A stretch of DNA of 64,000 nt from a bacterium (GTDB lineage: Bacteria; UBA8248; JACPRG01; G963555815), in contig OZ244653.1 in NCBI GenBank assembly GCA_965218795.1, forward strand, positions 2,272,001-2,336,000, given 5' to 3'. Under the pieces are notes generated by a model. The model was given only the letters and a program-made list of their open reading frames with translations. It ran no database searches and was not told where the DNA came from. This document shows positions 20,130-32,348 of the stretch, in pieces (within the stretch, counting starts at the first letter, position 1; the number at the start of each line of letters is the position of its first letter). The position numbers were made by a program, and so were the translations under genes.

Positions 20130-20603
20130 ATGCGAGAACGTATGTTCCACATGGTCAACCTGATCGTCGAGTTTTTATTGAAGGAAAGCACGCTGTCCTA
20201 CTACGAGCCGGAAATTTCCGATTTGCTCCGGTCCCATGGATTCGAATCGGAGGAGATTTCGGAGGCGTTTCGGTGGCTGAACCACTTCGGCCCTTGGGGC
20301 GAGGACGGGCTTGTGGAGAAAGAAGGTTCCAGCGCGGCGCTCCGGATGCTCAGCGACGAGGAACGGTTGGCTTTCAACACCGAGGCCTACGGCTACTTGT
20401 TGCAACTCCACCGGATGGGGCTCATCGACGACTCGATGCGGGAAGAAATCTTCCAGAGGGCCTTGAGCCTGGTGGAAGAAGAGATTACCCGTGACGACAT
20501 CCAGACCATGGCCTTGATTGTGGCCTTTCATCGCTCCCAGAAGCACTGGCACACGGACCTCATTCATTTCCTCAAATCTGAAAACCAAAGCTTTCTGAAC
20601 TGA
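20130..20603 (+). CDS. smg: DUF494 / Smg family protein
   Basis: GFESEEISEAFRWL, RMLSDEE, GYLLQL; lies between dprA and topA. Confidence 0.85.
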   Translation: MRERMFHMVNLIVEFLLKESTLSYYEPEISDLLRSHGFESEEISEAFRWLNHFGPWGEDGLVEKEGSSAALRMLSDEERLAFNTEAYGYLLQLHRMGLIDDSMREEIFQRALSLVEEEITRDDIQTMALIVAFHRSQKHWHTDLIHFLKSENQSFLN

Positions 20604-20606
20604 GCC

Positions 20607-22886
20607 ATGTCAAATCCTCTACTCATCGTTGAATCGCCCGCCAAAGCCAACACCCTGAAGAAGTTCCTGGGTCGGGGTTTTCGTGTGGAGGCCTCCGTCG
20701 GACACCTGCGGGATCTGCCGCCCAAAAAGCTCGGCGTCGATGTCGAGAATGATTTTGCGCCGGAGTACGAAGTCATCGAGGGCAAGAGCAAAGTCTTGGC
20801 CCGATTGAAAGCGGCGGCCAAGGATAGCGAGGCTGTCTATCTGGCTCCGGACCCGGACCGGGAGGGCGAAGCCATTGCCTGGCACATCCAGCAGGAAATC
20901 CAGCCCGTGACGAAGGGCAAAATCTATCGGATCACATTTAATGAGATTACCAAGCAGGCGGTCACCCGGGCCGTGAAGCAGCCCGGGGAGATCGACCGGA
21001 ACAAGGTCGAAGCGCAGCAGGCCCGCCGGGTTCTCGACCGCTTGGTGGGCTATAAGCTCAGCCCTCTTCTCGGGCGGCGGCTGCGCAATTGGGGCCTGAG
21101 CGCGGGACGGGTACAGTCCGTCGCCCTCCGCCTCGTCTGTGATCGGGAAAAGGAAATCGAAGAATTCGTTCCCGTCGAATACTGGACGATCACGGCCCAA
21201 CTTGTAGGCAGCGAGCCGCCGCCCTTTGAGGCCGCGCTGCACCGGATCAATGGCAAGAAGGCCGAGATTCCGAATGAAGAACGGTCAAACGAAATCCTCG
21301 GCCGCCTGAAAGGCGCTGAGTACCGTGTCTCCAAGGTCGACCGAAAAAAGAGGCGGCGAAAGGCCTCCCCGCCGTTTATCACCTCCACGCTTCAGCAGGA
21401 CGCCTCCCGGCGCCTGAGATTCACGGCCAAGAAAACCATGGCCATCGCCCAACAGTTGTATGAGGGGCTTGATGTCGGCGAGGAGGGGCCGGTGGGTCTG
21501 ATCACGTATATGAGGACGGATTCCACCCGGGTTGCGAATGAGGCGCTCACCGAAACCCGAGCGTTCATTGAAAAAGAGTATGGAAAAGATTTCCTGCCTG
21601 ACAAGGCGCAAGTGTATACCTCCAAAAAGGGGGCGCAGGATGCCCACGAGGCCATCCGGCCTACATCCGCCCTCCGCTCTCCATCCTCCCTGGAAGGGAA
21701 ACTGAGCAAAGACCAGCTGGGCCTGTATCGTCTCATCTGGAACCGGTTCGTCGCCTCGCAGATGAATCCGGCCGTCTACGATCAGACCTCCGTGGACATC
21801 CAGGCCGGAGATTACACCTTTCGCGCAACCGGCTCCATCCTCGTATTTTCCGGTTTCACGAGGGTCTACGAGGAACAGACGGAAGAAGATCCCAAGGCGG
21901 ATGATACCAACCGCCCGCTGCCCCCGCTTGAGGAAAGACAGGTTGTCGGATGCGAAAAGATCGTCCCCAAGCAGCACTTTACTCAGCCTCCCCCCCGCTT
22001 CAGCGAAGCCAGTCTGGTCCGGGTCCTGGAGGAAAAAGGGATTGGCCGTCCCAGCACCTATGCGTCCATCATCAGCACCTTGTCAGACCGTGATTATGTC
22101 CGCCTCCAACAGCGTCAAATGCATCCGACGGACCTGGGAAGGATGATATCGGGCCTGTTGGTGAAGAATTTTCCCGATCTGATGAACGTCGGATTTACGG
22201 CGGAGATGGAAAACCGCCTCGATTCCATTGAAGAAGGAAAGGAGACCTGGACGGCGGCCTTGAAGGACTTTTACACGCCCTTTGAAAAAACCCTCAAAGA
22301 AGCCGAATCCACGATCAATGAACCGGAGCCGACCGGCAAGAAATGCCCCGACTGCGGCGGTGAGCTCGTGAGACGCCCCAGCCGGTACGGAATGTTTATC
22401 GGATGTTCCAATTATCCCGAGTGCCGCTACACGGAGTCGACGAGCAAGCGGGAGGCCGCGCCCCCTGTCGAAACCGACCAGAAATGTGACAAGTGCGGCT
22501 CGCCGATGGTCATCAAACAAGGACGATTTGGAGCCTTTCTTTCCTGCTCTCGTTATCCGGAATGCAAGAACGCGAAACCCATTCCCACTGGAGCGAACTG
22601 CCCCCAATGCGGCGGTGACATCGTTTCCAGACGCTCTAGGAAAGGCCGAAACTTCTACGGGTGCGCGAATTACCCGGAATGCGATTATGTCTCCGGGTCC
22701 CGGCCCTTCCCAAAATCCTGTCCCGAGTGCGAATCGCCGAATTTGGTCGTCCAGCGGAGAGAGCTCCGCTGCCCCAATAAAGAATGCGACCATACCGAAT
22801 CGCTTCCGGACAATTGGGGGATGGTGGGTTTGATGGCTGCCGACGCCGTCAACGGAGGGGAACAGGCCCCGGAAAGGGAACCGTGA
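20607..22886 (+). CDS. topA: DNA topoisomerase I with C-terminal Zn ribbons
   Basis: IVESPAKA, DPDREGEAI, SAGRVQS, ITYMRTDS, repeated C4 ribbons. Confidence 0.98.
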   Translation: MSNPLLIVESPAKANTLKKFLGRGFRVEASVGHLRDLPPKKLGVDVENDFAPEYEVIEGKSKVLARLKAAAKDSEAVYLAPDPDREGEAIAWHIQQEIQPVTKGKIYRITFNEITKQAVTRAVKQPGEIDRNKVEAQQARRVLDRLVGYKLSPLLGRRLRNWGLSAGRVQSVALRLVCDREKEIEEFVPVEYWTITAQLVGSEPPPFEAALHRINGKKAEIPNEERSNEILGRLKGAEYRVSKVDRKKRRRKASPPFITSTLQQDASRRLRFTAKKTMAIAQQLYEGLDVGEEGPVGLITYMRTDSTRVANEALTETRAFIEKEYGKDFLPDKAQVYTSKKGAQDAHEAIRPTSALRSPSSLEGKLSKDQLGLYRLIWNRFVASQMNPAVYDQTSVDIQAGDYTFRATGSILVFSGFTRVYEEQTEEDPKADDTNRPLPPLEERQVVGCEKIVPKQHFTQPPPRFSEASLVRVLEEKGIGRPSTYASIISTLSDRDYVRLQQRQMHPTDLGRMISGLLVKNFPDLMNVGFTAEMENRLDSIEEGKETWTAALKDFYTPFEKTLKEAESTINEPEPTGKKCPDCGGELVRRPSRYGMFIGCSNYPECRYTESTSKREAAPPVETDQKCDKCGSPMVIKQGRFGAFLSCSRYPECKNAKPIPTGANCPQCGGDIVSRRSRKGRNFYGCANYPECDYVSGSRPFPKSCPECESPNLVVQRRELRCPNKECDHTESLPDNWGMVGLMAADAVNGGEQAPEREP

Positions 22887-24199
22887 CCCAACCGGTCACC
22901 ATCGTAGGCGGAGGGTTCGCAGGCGTCGAGGCCGCATGGCAGGCGGCGGAAAGAGGCTCGCAGGTCAAGTTGCACGAAATGCGCCCCCGGCAATCCACCC
23001 CGGCCCACAAGACCGGCGACCTGGCCGAGCTTGTCTGCAGCAACTCCCTGAAAGCCGACTCCATCACCACCGCATCGGGCCTTCTCAAGGCTGAGCTTCG
23101 CTTGCTGGGCTCACTCGTCCTCCGTGTGGCGGACGCCTGCCGGATCCCCGCGGGTCAGGCCCTCGCCGTCGATCGGGAAGCGTTCGCTCGGGAAATCACA
23201 GGTCAGATCGAATCTCATCCGCGCATCACCCTCACCCGGGAGGAAGTCCGTTCGATCCCTTCCGGAGACCCGGTCGTCCTTGCGACGGGGCCCCTGACCT
23301 CACCGGAGCTGGCCGCCTCCCTGGCAAAGATGACGGGCGAGGATCACCTGTATTTCTACGACGCGATCTCGCCGATTGTGGACGGCGAGACGATTGACTA
23401 CGATGCAGCATTTTTCGCGTCTCGCTACGGGAAGGGGGAAACCGACGGCTACCTCAACCTGGGCCTGACGAATAAGGTGTATTCCGAATTTTGTGAAAAC
23501 CTGATCAGGGCGGAAAAAGTCCCCCTCCACGCCTTCGAGGAACCCAAATATTTTGAGGGGTGCCTTCCGATCGAGGTGTTGGCCGCTCGCGGGGAGAAAA
23601 CATTGGCCTACGGTCCGTTAAAGCCGGTCGGCTTGGGCCATCCCAAGAACGGGAGCCGTTTCCATGCCGTCGTTCAATTGAGGCGGGAGAACACGGCGGG
23701 GTCCGCTTACAACATGGTCGGGTTTCAGACGAAGATGACCTATCCCGAGCAACGACGCGTATTCCGCACCTTGCCGGGGCTGGAGCGGGCGGCCTTCTTC
23801 CGCTATGGGAGCATCCACCGAAACACCTATCTCAATGCTCCCAGACTTCTTCTCCCGACATTGCAGCTTCGACAGGATCCCCGTCTTTTCATCGCCGGCC
23901 AGATCACGGGTGTCGAGGGCTATCTCGAATCTGCGGCCACGGGGCTGCTCGCCGGATTGCACGCTTCGGCACGCTCCGCTGGGACCATCCTGCCCGATCC
24001 CCCTCAGGCCACGGCCATCGGGTCGCTGATTACATACTTGAAGAACGCCGATCCGAATCATTTTCAGCCTGTCAATATCAGTTACGGCCTTTTGCCGCAG
24101 GTCCCCAGGAAAGGTTCCAAAGAGGACCGCCGTCGCATGGTTGCCGACAGAGCACAACGAGAGCTGGAAGAATGGAAAAGAGACCTCCGACTCGTTTAG
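22883..24199 (+). CDS. trmFO: tRNA (uracil-54-C5) methyltransferase TrmFO
   Basis: GGGFAG, ELVCSNSL, YFYDAISP, FEGCLPIE, AGQITGVEGY; GTG start overlaps the topA stop. Confidence 0.96.
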   Translation: MTQPVTIVGGGFAGVEAAWQAAERGSQVKLHEMRPRQSTPAHKTGDLAELVCSNSLKADSITTASGLLKAELRLLGSLVLRVADACRIPAGQALAVDREAFAREITGQIESHPRITLTREEVRSIPSGDPVVLATGPLTSPELAASLAKMTGEDHLYFYDAISPIVDGETIDYDAAFFASRYGKGETDGYLNLGLTNKVYSEFCENLIRAEKVPLHAFEEPKYFEGCLPIEVLAARGEKTLAYGPLKPVGLGHPKNGSRFHAVVQLRRENTAGSAYNMVGFQTKMTYPEQRRVFRTLPGLERAAFFRYGSIHRNTYLNAPRLLLPTLQLRQDPRLFIAGQITGVEGYLESAATGLLAGLHASARSAGTILPDPPQATAIGSLITYLKNADPNHFQPVNISYGLLPQVPRKGSKEDRRRMVADRAQRELEEWKRDLRLV

Positions 24200-25182
24200 G
24201 CGAAGCCATTCAGGCATTCGACCGTTTTCTCCGACTTGAAAGGAACGCCTCCCCGCATACGCTAAGAAACTACATGGGCGATCTGGAGGACTTTCGGAGA
24301 TATCTGCGAGACGGTGCGAACCCGGATCCGGGTCTGGAAGACATCGATCGGGCGAGGATCCGCGGCTATCTCGCTCACCTCCATCAACGCGGGAACCGCC
24401 CTTCCACCGTTTCCCGAAAACTGAGCGCGCTGCGGTCTTGCCTTCGGCACGCGCGGCGGTTGGGCTACTCCGGACGCGATACCGTATCGGATATTCCCAC
24501 GCCCAAACGCGAGAACCGGGTCCCCCGCACCCTGACCGTAGACGAGGCCACCCGGCTGATGGAATACGCGAGTTCCCGCACGTCCCGGTCACCGAAGGCC
24601 AGGGCCCTTGACCTTCGCAATCGGGCCATATGGGAAGTGCTATACTCTACGGGCGTCCGGGTTGGCGAATTGGTCGGGGCTGACCTGAACTCGATGAATC
24701 TGGAGGAGGGGGTTTTTCGGGTTCACGGAAAAGGGTCCAAGGAGCGGATTGTCCCGCTGGGCGGGAAGGCGGCGGCGGCTCTCGCTGAGTATTTGGAGGC
24801 GCGTCCGGCGCTGAAGCCCAGGGATCAAGGACCCGACGCACCACTCTTTCTGAACAACCGCGGCCAGCGGCTCAGTGATCAGCGCGTGCGTGATCTCCTG
24901 GCCCAAATCGTGCGCTCGATGGGGCTGTCGGGAAAGGCTTCCCCGCATACCCTCCGGCACTCGATGGCCACCCACCTGTTGGAAGCAGGGGCCAACTTGC
25001 GGGACATCCAGGAAATGCTGGGCCACAGTTCCCTTTCCACGACGCAGAAATATACCCATCTGGCCGTCGACCGGCTCTTCGAAGTGTATGACAAGACTCA
25101 CCCGCGGGCGATCCATCGAAAAGGCCGGAAGACCGCGCCACCGCTACAGGCTGCGGAATCGGGGGAGGGGGAATCGAATTGA
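24172..25182 (+). CDS. xerC: tyrosine recombinase XerC
   Basis: [45 protein letters not shown]; synteny with hslVU. Confidence 0.92.
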   Translation: MEKRPPTRLGEAIQAFDRFLRLERNASPHTLRNYMGDLEDFRRYLRDGANPDPGLEDIDRARIRGYLAHLHQRGNRPSTVSRKLSALRSCLRHARRLGYSGRDTVSDIPTPKRENRVPRTLTVDEATRLMEYASSRTSRSPKARALDLRNRAIWEVLYSTGVRVGELVGADLNSMNLEEGVFRVHGKGSKERIVPLGGKAAAALAEYLEARPALKPRDQGPDAPLFLNNRGQRLSDQRVRDLLAQIVRSMGLSGKASPHTLRHSMATHLLEAGANLRDIQEMLGHSSLSTTQKYTHLAVDRLFEVYDKTHPRAIHRKGRKTAPPLQAAESGEGESN

Positions 25183-25721
25183 TCCGCTCGACTACGATCT
25201 TGTCCATCCGGCGGGGAACGGAGGTCGCGATGGCCGGTGACGGCCAGGTCACCGTCGGTCAACAAATCATGAAAAATCAGGCCAGCAAGATCCGGAAGAT
25301 CTACAAGGACCAGGTGCTTGCGGGCTTCGCCGGTTCCGCGGCGGACGCGCTTGCGCTGTTTGAGAAGTTCGAAGGCCGACTGGAGGAATTCCACGGCAAT
25401 CTCCCGCGGGCCTCCGTCGAGTTGGCCAAAGACTGGCGGACGGATCGCGTCCTCCGAAGGCTGGAGGCGCTTTTGGCCGTTTCGGACCGGAACAACAGCT
25501 TCCTCGTCTCCGGGACCGGGGACCTGATCGAGCCGGACGACGGAATCGTGGCCATCGGCTCGGGAGGGGCCTACGCGCTCGCCGCCGCGCGGGCTCTCCT
25601 CAGGCATACGGCCCTCGACGCGAAATCGATTGCGCGGGAAGCGATGCAAGAGGCCGCCGCGATCTGCATTTACACCAACGGGGAAATTCTCGTCGAAGCC
25701 CTGGGACCGGGAGAGGAATAA
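25179..25721 (+). CDS. hslV: ATP-dependent protease subunit HslV
   Basis: TTI N-terminus, AGDGQVT, GSGG, ICIYTN. Confidence 0.97.
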   Translation: MIRSTTILSIRRGTEVAMAGDGQVTVGQQIMKNQASKIRKIYKDQVLAGFAGSAADALALFEKFEGRLEEFHGNLPRASVELAKDWRTDRVLRRLEALLAVSDRNNSFLVSGTGDLIEPDDGIVAIGSGGAYALAAARALLRHTALDAKSIAREAMQEAAAICIYTNGEILVEALGPGEE

Positions 25722-25722
25722 C

Positions 25723-27138
25723 GTGGAAGACCTTTCACCCCGGCAGATCGTCGAAGTGCTCGACCGGTACATCATCGGCCAGGACGCCGCAAAGCGCGCC
25801 GTTGCGATTGCCTTACGAAACCGCTGGCGAAGGCGCCAGCTTCCGCCGGAACTCCGCGAGGAAGTCGCACCGAAGAACATCATCATGATCGGCCCGACGG
25901 GGGTCGGCAAGACCGAGATCGCCCGCCGGCTCGCGCGTATGGCGAACAGTCCCTTCGTCAAGGTGGAGGCCACGAAGTACACAGAGGTGGGATACGTCGG
26001 ACGGGACGTGGAGAGCATGATCCGGGATCTGATGGGCAGCTCGATGAACGCCGTCGAGACTGAGCATCGGAAAGAGGTGGAAGAACGGGCCAAAGAACGG
26101 GCCCTGGAGCGTTTGCTGGACGCGCTCCTCCCGTCGAACGAATACGAACATCCAGAACAACCCCAATGGGTCCCTCAGGAAAAACCGACCGGTGAGGGCA
26201 ACGGCGGCCAACGGTTCGATTACATCGGACCCGAATCCGCTCAATCCTCCTCCGTTGGGCGCAAAACCAGGGACAAGCTGCGGGAGATGCTGTTGTCGGG
26301 AAAGCTGGACGAGAGAGAGATTGAAATCGAGACGACGGCCCAGGCCTCTCCCATCATCGGAGTCATGCCGGGAGCGGGCCTGGAAGACCTGGATATGAAT
26401 TTAAAGGAGATGCTCGGCAACATTCTTCCGGAAAAGAGGAAAACCCAGAAGGTCAAGGTGACCGAAGCCATCAAGATTTTCGTCGAAGAGGAAACCTCCA
26501 AGCTCATCGATAAGGAAAAGATCGTCCAGGAGGCCACGGAGCGCGTCGAGGAGTCCGGCATCGTCTTTATTGATGAGCTGGACAAGATCGCAAGCCGCAG
26601 TCACACACAGGGCGCCGACGTTTCCCGCGAAGGCGTTCAGCGGGATATTCTCCCCATTGTGGAAGGTTCCACCGTCCCGACGAAGTACGGACCCTTACGG
26701 ACCGATCATGTTCTGTTTATCGCGGCGGGCGCCTTCCATATGTCCAAGCCGTCCGACCTCATCCCCGAGCTTCAAGGACGATTTCCAATCCGCGTGGAGC
26801 TGGAGGCTCTGGGCGAAGAGGAGTTCGTCCGAATTCTGACCGAGCCGGAAAACGCACTGGTCCGGCAGTACATCGAGCTTCTGAAGACCGAGGGAATTCA
26901 GTTGACCTTTACCCCGGACGCCATCCGGGAGGTTTCCCGACTCGCGGCCCTGGTGAACGGCAGGACTGAAAACATCGGCGCGCGGCGACTCCATACCATC
27001 GTTGAGCGGCTCCTGGAAGATGTTTCATTCGACGCGCCTGACATGGAGGAAACGGAGATCGTCATCGATCCCGAATATGTTCAAGAGCGGTTGAAGGACG
27101 TGGTCCAGGACGAGGACTACAGCCGCTATATTCTCTGA
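25723..27138 (+). CDS. hslU: ATP-dependent protease ATPase subunit HslU
   Basis: [26 protein letters not shown]-terminal SRYIL. Confidence 0.97.
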   Translation: MEDLSPRQIVEVLDRYIIGQDAAKRAVAIALRNRWRRRQLPPELREEVAPKNIIMIGPTGVGKTEIARRLARMANSPFVKVEATKYTEVGYVGRDVESMIRDLMGSSMNAVETEHRKEVEERAKERALERLLDALLPSNEYEHPEQPQWVPQEKPTGEGNGGQRFDYIGPESAQSSSVGRKTRDKLREMLLSGKLDEREIEIETTAQASPIIGVMPGAGLEDLDMNLKEMLGNILPEKRKTQKVKVTEAIKIFVEEETSKLIDKEKIVQEATERVEESGIVFIDELDKIASRSHTQGADVSREGVQRDILPIVEGSTVPTKYGPLRTDHVLFIAAGAFHMSKPSDLIPELQGRFPIRVELEALGEEEFVRILTEPENALVRQYIELLKTEGIQLTFTPDAIREVSRLAALVNGRTENIGARRLHTIVERLLEDVSFDAPDMEETEIVIDPEYVQERLKDVVQDEDYSRYIL

Positions 27139-27228
27139 TTTCCCCTTTTCAATGATCGTCCGCTCCATGCGCGCCTGCGATTCAGACCATCGTCCCTCCT
27201 CTTCCGTCTCCATCTCCTTTGATGAGTG

Positions 27229-27891
27229 ATGGTTGACTCACGGACCAGCGGCGTCGTTTTCGACCTTTGGAACACCCTGGTGTATGAAAGCGCATCCCCC
27301 AACCCGGTCGTCCGGATGGCGGAGATGCTGGGCATCGCCGATCGGCCGGACTGGCACTCGCTGATGGAGCGGGCTTATATGACCGCGCGGGTGAGCGGGA
27401 TCGAAGAGGCCCTCAATCGATTGGCGCTTCTGGCGGCTCTTCCGCCCGTCGATCCCTCCCCTTATGTGGAGATGTTCCGAAAGTACGAGCGAACGACCCG
27501 CTTGTTCGACGATGTCTTGCCAACCCTCCAATCGCTTCGATCCGATTACCGCCTGGCCCTATTGACGAATACGCAGTCATTCGGGCTGGGATTCATCGAG
27601 GAAACCGGCCTCATCGACCTCTTTGATGTGACTTGCATGTCTTATGAATGCGGATTCCTGAAACCCGACGCCCGGATATTTCAATGCACAGCCGAACGGC
27701 TGGACTTGCCCCCGCAGCGCCTGACGATGGTGGGGGACAATCTCGATAAGGATGTTCTCGCAGCAGAAGCCCAGGAGTGGACGGGGATCCTGATCAAGCG
27801 AACCCGCGGGTCACTTTCCCACTCCGAGACGGGCTCACACGTCAGGACCGTTCGGTCGATCGACGAAATTGCACCGCTCCTCCGGCGTTGA
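27229..27891 (+). CDS. HAD superfamily hydrolase
   Basis: VVFDLWNTL, LLTN, KPDARIF, MVGDNLDKD. Confidence 0.88.
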   Translation: MVDSRTSGVVFDLWNTLVYESASPNPVVRMAEMLGIADRPDWHSLMERAYMTARVSGIEEALNRLALLAALPPVDPSPYVEMFRKYERTTRLFDDVLPTLQSLRSDYRLALLTNTQSFGLGFIEETGLIDLFDVTCMSYECGFLKPDARIFQCTAERLDLPPQRLTMVGDNLDKDVLAAEAQEWTGILIKRTRGSLSHSETGSHVRTVRSIDEIAPLLRR

Positions 27892-27938
27892 CAGGGCGAC
27901 CCGAGTCTTTGACCCGCTTTCATCAGCTTCAAATTGAG

Positions 27939-27967
27939 TTGAAACCCCGCAGGGTCGGGACCATAAT
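27939..27967 (+). promoter_or_regulatory. sigma70-like promoter of the arg operon
   Basis: TTGAAA-N17-CATAAT, about 40 nt upstream of argB. Confidence 0.55.
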
Positions 27968-28009
27968 TAACCTTTTGATTTCTTGAACCATAACCGATCA
28001 GGATACGAA

Positions 28010-28906
28010 ATGAACCTCACGCCGAGCGACAAGACGAATATCCTCGTCCAGGCTCTCCCCTACATCCGCCGGTTCCACGGAAAAACCGTCGTCATCAAAT
28101 ACGGCGGCGCGGCGATGGAAAAGACGGACCTGCGGGAGTTGTTCGCAGAGGATGTGACGCTGCTGAGCTACATCGGCATTCGGGTGGTCATCATCCACGG
28201 GGGCGGGCCGCAGATTGGCGAGGTATTGAAGCGGCAGGGGAAAGAATCCGAATTCGTCATGGGCCTCCGCGTAACGGACAAAGAGACGATGGATATCGTT
28301 TCCATGGTCCTCGGCGGGAAAGTGAATCAGGAGATTGTCAATTGGATCAACAGCCACGGCGGACGCGCCGTGGGGCTATCCGGAGTGGACGCCGGAACCC
28401 TCCAGACGTGTAAGCTTCACATCGAACCGCCCGAGGGATGGGTCGGCGATCCGCCGGACCTCGGGATGGTCGGGGATATCCGCGAGGTACGCGCCGGCTT
28501 GTTGGATTTGCTGACCGAGCGGGGCTACATTCCCGTGATCGCCCCGATGGGCGTGGGCGAAGATATCCAGCTTTACAACATCAACGCGGACACGGCAGCG
28601 GGTCACATCGCCGGCGCCCTGTGCGCAGAGAAGGTCGTTTACCTGACCGATGTGAGCGGCATCAAGGACGAAAACGGTGACCTGATCACATCCTTGGACA
28701 AGGAAACCGTTCAGGCCATGCAAACCCGGGGGGTCATTTCGGGTGGAATGTTGCCCAAAGTCGACGCCTGCCTCCGCGCCCTGGAATCCGGCGTGGGAAA
28801 GGCGCATATCATCGACGGTCGCATTCCCCACTCCATCCTCCTGGAGGTCTTCACCGATCAGGGGATCGGGACCGAGATCGTCCTGAATCAAGACGTCACC
28901 CGCTAA
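28010..28906 (+). CDS. argB: acetylglutamate kinase
   Basis: VIKYGG, HGGGPQI, GLRVTD, YNINAD, GGMLPK. Confidence 0.97.
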   Translation: MNLTPSDKTNILVQALPYIRRFHGKTVVIKYGGAAMEKTDLRELFAEDVTLLSYIGIRVVIIHGGGPQIGEVLKRQGKESEFVMGLRVTDKETMDIVSMVLGGKVNQEIVNWINSHGGRAVGLSGVDAGTLQTCKLHIEPPEGWVGDPPDLGMVGDIREVRAGLLDLLTERGYIPVIAPMGVGEDIQLYNINADTAAGHIAGALCAEKVVYLTDVSGIKDENGDLITSLDKETVQAMQTRGVISGGMLPKVDACLRALESGVGKAHIIDGRIPHSILLEVFTDQGIGTEIVLNQDVTR

Positions 28907-28975
28907 ACCCGGGTCGTTATCCCACAGGCAGGGCGGCCCTTCCCGACCCGCAATATGAAGTGCGGGAGAATTGAT

Positions 28976-30178
28976 ATGGATTCGGAAGAGTACATCGAAG
29001 AAGCGGAAAAGTACGTGGCCAAGACGTACGGCCGGTATCCGATGGTGCCGGTCCGGGCGGATGACACGCGCATCTGGGACGCCGACGGCAAGGAATACAC
29101 CGATTTCGTTTCGGGGCTCGGCGTGATCAACCTGGGACACTGTCATCCCAAGGTGGTCGAAGCCATCCGGGAGCAGGCCGGCACCCTGATGCACACCTCC
29201 AATCTCTTTCACATACCGCCCCAGATCGAGTTGGCGAAGCGACTCGTCGAAGCCTCATTCGCGGACAAGGCCTATTTTTGCAACAGCGGAGCCGAAGCCA
29301 ACGAATCCGCCGTCAAGCTCGCCAGAAAGTACAGCCATGACAAATACGGTGATGGGAGAGGAGACATCATCACGATGCTCGACTCTTTCCACGGCCGTTC
29401 CCTGACGACCCTCGCCGCGACGGGCCAGCCGAAATTCAGCAAGGGTTTTTATCCGCCCTCTCCCGGCTTCGTCCACGTGCCGTTCGACGACCTGGAAGCC
29501 GCCGAGGCCGCACTCACCGAGGTCACGTGCGCCATCATGGTGGAGCCGATTCAGGGAGAAGGCGGGGTCCACATCCCGAGCCCGGGATATCTGGCGGACC
29601 TTCGGAGGATCTGTGATGAGCGGGATTTGGTGCTGATTTTCGATGAGGTCCAGACGGGGATGGGCCGCACCGGGACGCTCTTTGCGTATGAACATGAAGG
29701 GGTGGAGCCGGACGCCATGGCCCTGGCCAAATCTTTGGCGGGCGGCACGGCCATTGGCGCGCTCCTGGCGAAGGAGCCGTTTATCTCCGCCCTCGGTCCC
29801 GGCACCCATGCGAGTACTTTCGGGGGCAACTTTCTGGCGACGGCGGCGGGCGTCGCGGCTATGGACGTCTTCGCCGAGGGGAGCATTCTGGCGAATTGCA
29901 AAGAAATGGGCGTCTATTTCACAGCCGGGCTGGAATCCCTCAAGGAGAGTCACCCCTGCATCGAGGAGATTCGGTCAAAGGGTTTGATGATCGGGGTCGA
30001 GCTGGATCATGAAGGGGTGGAATACGTCCCCCAGGCCATGGATCGTGGATTCCTGATCAATTGCACCATGGGCAGCGTCCTTCGGTTCCTACCTCCGTTG
30101 ACAATCACCCAAGGCGACATCGACCGTCTCCTAGCCGTGTTGGACGAGCTTTTGCCCGGCCCGGAGGCCGCCGATTAG
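28976..30178 (+). CDS. argD: acetylornithine aminotransferase
   Basis: NSGAEANE, SFHGR, EPIQGEGG, DEVQTGMGRTG, HASTFGGN; arg operon context. Confidence 0.95.
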   Translation: MDSEEYIEEAEKYVAKTYGRYPMVPVRADDTRIWDADGKEYTDFVSGLGVINLGHCHPKVVEAIREQAGTLMHTSNLFHIPPQIELAKRLVEASFADKAYFCNSGAEANESAVKLARKYSHDKYGDGRGDIITMLDSFHGRSLTTLAATGQPKFSKGFYPPSPGFVHVPFDDLEAAEAALTEVTCAIMVEPIQGEGGVHIPSPGYLADLRRICDERDLVLIFDEVQTGMGRTGTLFAYEHEGVEPDAMALAKSLAGGTAIGALLAKEPFISALGPGTHASTFGGNFLATAAGVAAMDVFAEGSILANCKEMGVYFTAGLESLKESHPCIEEIRSKGLMIGVELDHEGVEYVPQAMDRGFLINCTMGSVLRFLPPLTITQGDIDRLLAVLDELLPGPEAAD

Positions 30179-30187
30179 GGTTCCACG

Positions 30188-31126
30188 ATGCCGAAACACC
30201 TGCTCAGCGTCGATGACTTCAGTGCCGAAGAGATCCATCAACTGCTCGCCCGCGTCGATGATCTCCTCAATGCCCGCAAGGCCGGCCGATCGCCAAAGCC
30301 CCTTGAGGGAAAAACGCTGGCGATGATCTTCCAGAAGCCTTCCACCCGCACCCGGATCTCCTTTCATGTGGGGATGGCGGAGCTCGGCGGGGAGGCCCTG
30401 ATGTTGAGGGAGGATGAGATTCAGATCGGGCGGGGGGAGACGCTGGCCGACACCGCGCGCGTCATGTCCCGTTACGTCAACGGAATCCTGATCCGGACCT
30501 TTAAACAGTCCGACGTGGAAGAATTGGCCGGTCATGGAAGCATCCCGGTCATCAACGGACTGACGGATCTGGAGCATCCCTGTCAGATCCTGACCGACAT
30601 CTACACCATCCGGCAGAAGTTCGACGACTGGGCCCGATGCAAGATTGCCTGCGTCGGTGACGGGAACAACGTAGCGAATTCCTGGCTGTTGGCTGCGGGC
30701 AAGCTGGGCTTGAACTTTTCTCTGGCAACGCCCTCAGCGTATCCGGCGGACCCTGAGATCACCGCGCGAGCGAAAAAACTCGCCGCTGAATCCGGAGCGG
30801 AGCTTCATATCGGGAATGACCCAAGGGAGGCCGTTCAGGGAGCCCACGTCATTTATACCGACACTTGGGTGAGCATGGGCGCGGAGGCCGAACGGCGCGC
30901 ACGGCTGTCCAAGTTTGAAGGGTTTCAAGTGAACGCCCGGATCCTGCGCAACGCCGACCCCAAGGCCATTGTGATGCACTGTCTTCCCGCCCACCGGGGC
31001 GAAGAAATCACCGATGAGGTCATGGATGGCGCTCAGAGCGTTGTTTTCGACCAAGCGGAGAACCGTCTCCACGTCCAGAAGGGGATTCTCTCCGCGCTGA
31101 TGGCAGACGAGGCATCAGAAAGGTGA
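30188..31126 (+). CDS. argF: ornithine carbamoyltransferase
   Basis: STRTR, HPCQ, DTWVSMG, HCLP. Confidence 0.97.
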   Translation: MPKHLLSVDDFSAEEIHQLLARVDDLLNARKAGRSPKPLEGKTLAMIFQKPSTRTRISFHVGMAELGGEALMLREDEIQIGRGETLADTARVMSRYVNGILIRTFKQSDVEELAGHGSIPVINGLTDLEHPCQILTDIYTIRQKFDDWARCKIACVGDGNNVANSWLLAAGKLGLNFSLATPSAYPADPEITARAKKLAAESGAELHIGNDPREAVQGAHVIYTDTWVSMGAEAERRARLSKFEGFQVNARILRNADPKAIVMHCLPAHRGEEITDEVMDGAQSVVFDQAENRLHVQKGILSALMADEASER

Positions 31127-31130
31127 CAGG

Positions 31131-32348
31131 TTGAGCCTGGAAGTGAACAAGATTGTCCTGGCCTATTCAGGCGGTCTGGACACATCCATTATTATTCGAT
31201 GGCTGCGGGAGCGGTACGAATGCCCCGTGGTTGCTTTCGTTGCAGACCTGGGACAGGGCGAGGACCTGGAGGCCGTCCGGGAGAAGGCCCTCCGCACCGG
31301 AGCAGCCGAGTGCTACGTGGAAGACCTTCGGGAGGAGTTCGTCCGTGATTATGTGTTCCCGATGCTCCGAGCCGGAGCGGTCTATGAGGGGGGATATCTG
31401 CTGGGGACTTCGATCGCCCGGCCCCTGATTGCCAAAGCCCAGATGGACATCGCCCGCCGGATGGGGGCCGATGCCGTGGCCCACGGCGCAACGGGAAAGG
31501 GCAACGACCAGGTGCGCTTCGAGCTGACCTATCTGGCCCTCGACCCCGGCATCCGGATCATCGCCCCCTGGCGCGAATGGACCTTCAAAGGGCGGGAAGA
31601 CCTCATCGCCTATGCGAAGAAGCACGGAATCCCGGTCCCCGTGACCAAGGAGAAGCCTTACAGCACGGACCGAAATCTTCTGCACATCAGCTTTGAAGGC
31701 GGAATCCTGGAGGACCCCTGGTCCGAGCCGCCGGAGGATATGTTCGTTCTGTCGGTCGCGCCGGAGAAGGCGCCCGACGAACCCGAATTCATCGAGATAG
31801 AGTTTGAAAAGGGGGATCCCGTAGCGGTCAACAAGGAAGCCTGTTCCCCGTCTTCACTTCTGGCCAAGCTGAACGATCTCGGAGGAGCCCACGGCATCGG
31901 GCGGGCGGACCTGGTGGAAAACCGATTTGTCGGCATGAAGTCCCGGGGTGTTTATGAAACTCCCGGCGGCACAATCCTGCACGCTGCCCGCACCGCGCTG
32001 GAATCCATCGTTCTGGACAGGGAAGCGCTGCATCTGCGGAACCAGCTCATGCCGAAATATGCCGAACTGGTCTATTACGGCTTCTGGTTCGCTCCGGAGC
32101 GGGAGATGATTCAGGCCGCGGTGGACAAGGCCGCTGAATCGATCACGGGAACCGCTCGCGTGAAGATCTTCAAGGGCTCATGCACCACCGTGGGCCGCAA
32201 ATCGCCGCACTCCCTTTACAGCCCCGATCACGCCACCTTCGAAGCGGAAGAAGTCTACGACCAAAAGCACGCCGAGGGATTCATCCGCCTCAACGCGCTG
32301 CGGCTCATGATGCGCGCGGAGGTGGAGGGAAAAGACCCGAAAGCCTGA
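31131..32348 (+). CDS. argG: argininosuccinate synthase
   Basis: [32 protein letters not shown]. Confidence 0.98.
   Translation: MSLEVNKIVLAYSGGLDTSIIIRWLRERYECPVVAFVADLGQGEDLEAVREKALRTGAAECYVEDLREEFVRDYVFPMLRAGAVYEGGYLLGTSIARPLIAKAQMDIARRMGADAVAHGATGKGNDQVRFELTYLALDPGIRIIAPWREWTFKGREDLIAYAKKHGIPVPVTKEKPYSTDRNLLHISFEGGILEDPWSEPPEDMFVLSVAPEKAPDEPEFIEIEFEKGDPVAVNKEACSPSSLLAKLNDLGGAHGIGRADLVENRFVGMKSRGVYETPGGTILHAARTALESIVLDREALHLRNQLMPKYAELVYYGFWFAPEREMIQAAVDKAAESITGTARVKIFKGSCTTVGRKSPHSLYSPDHATFEAEEVYDQKHAEGFIRLNALRLMMRAEVEGKDPKA

Noticed and set aside
24172-25182. Tyrosine recombinase as a phage/ICE integrase
   Set aside because: Housekeeping trmFO-xerC-hslVU context; no att sites or cargo genes
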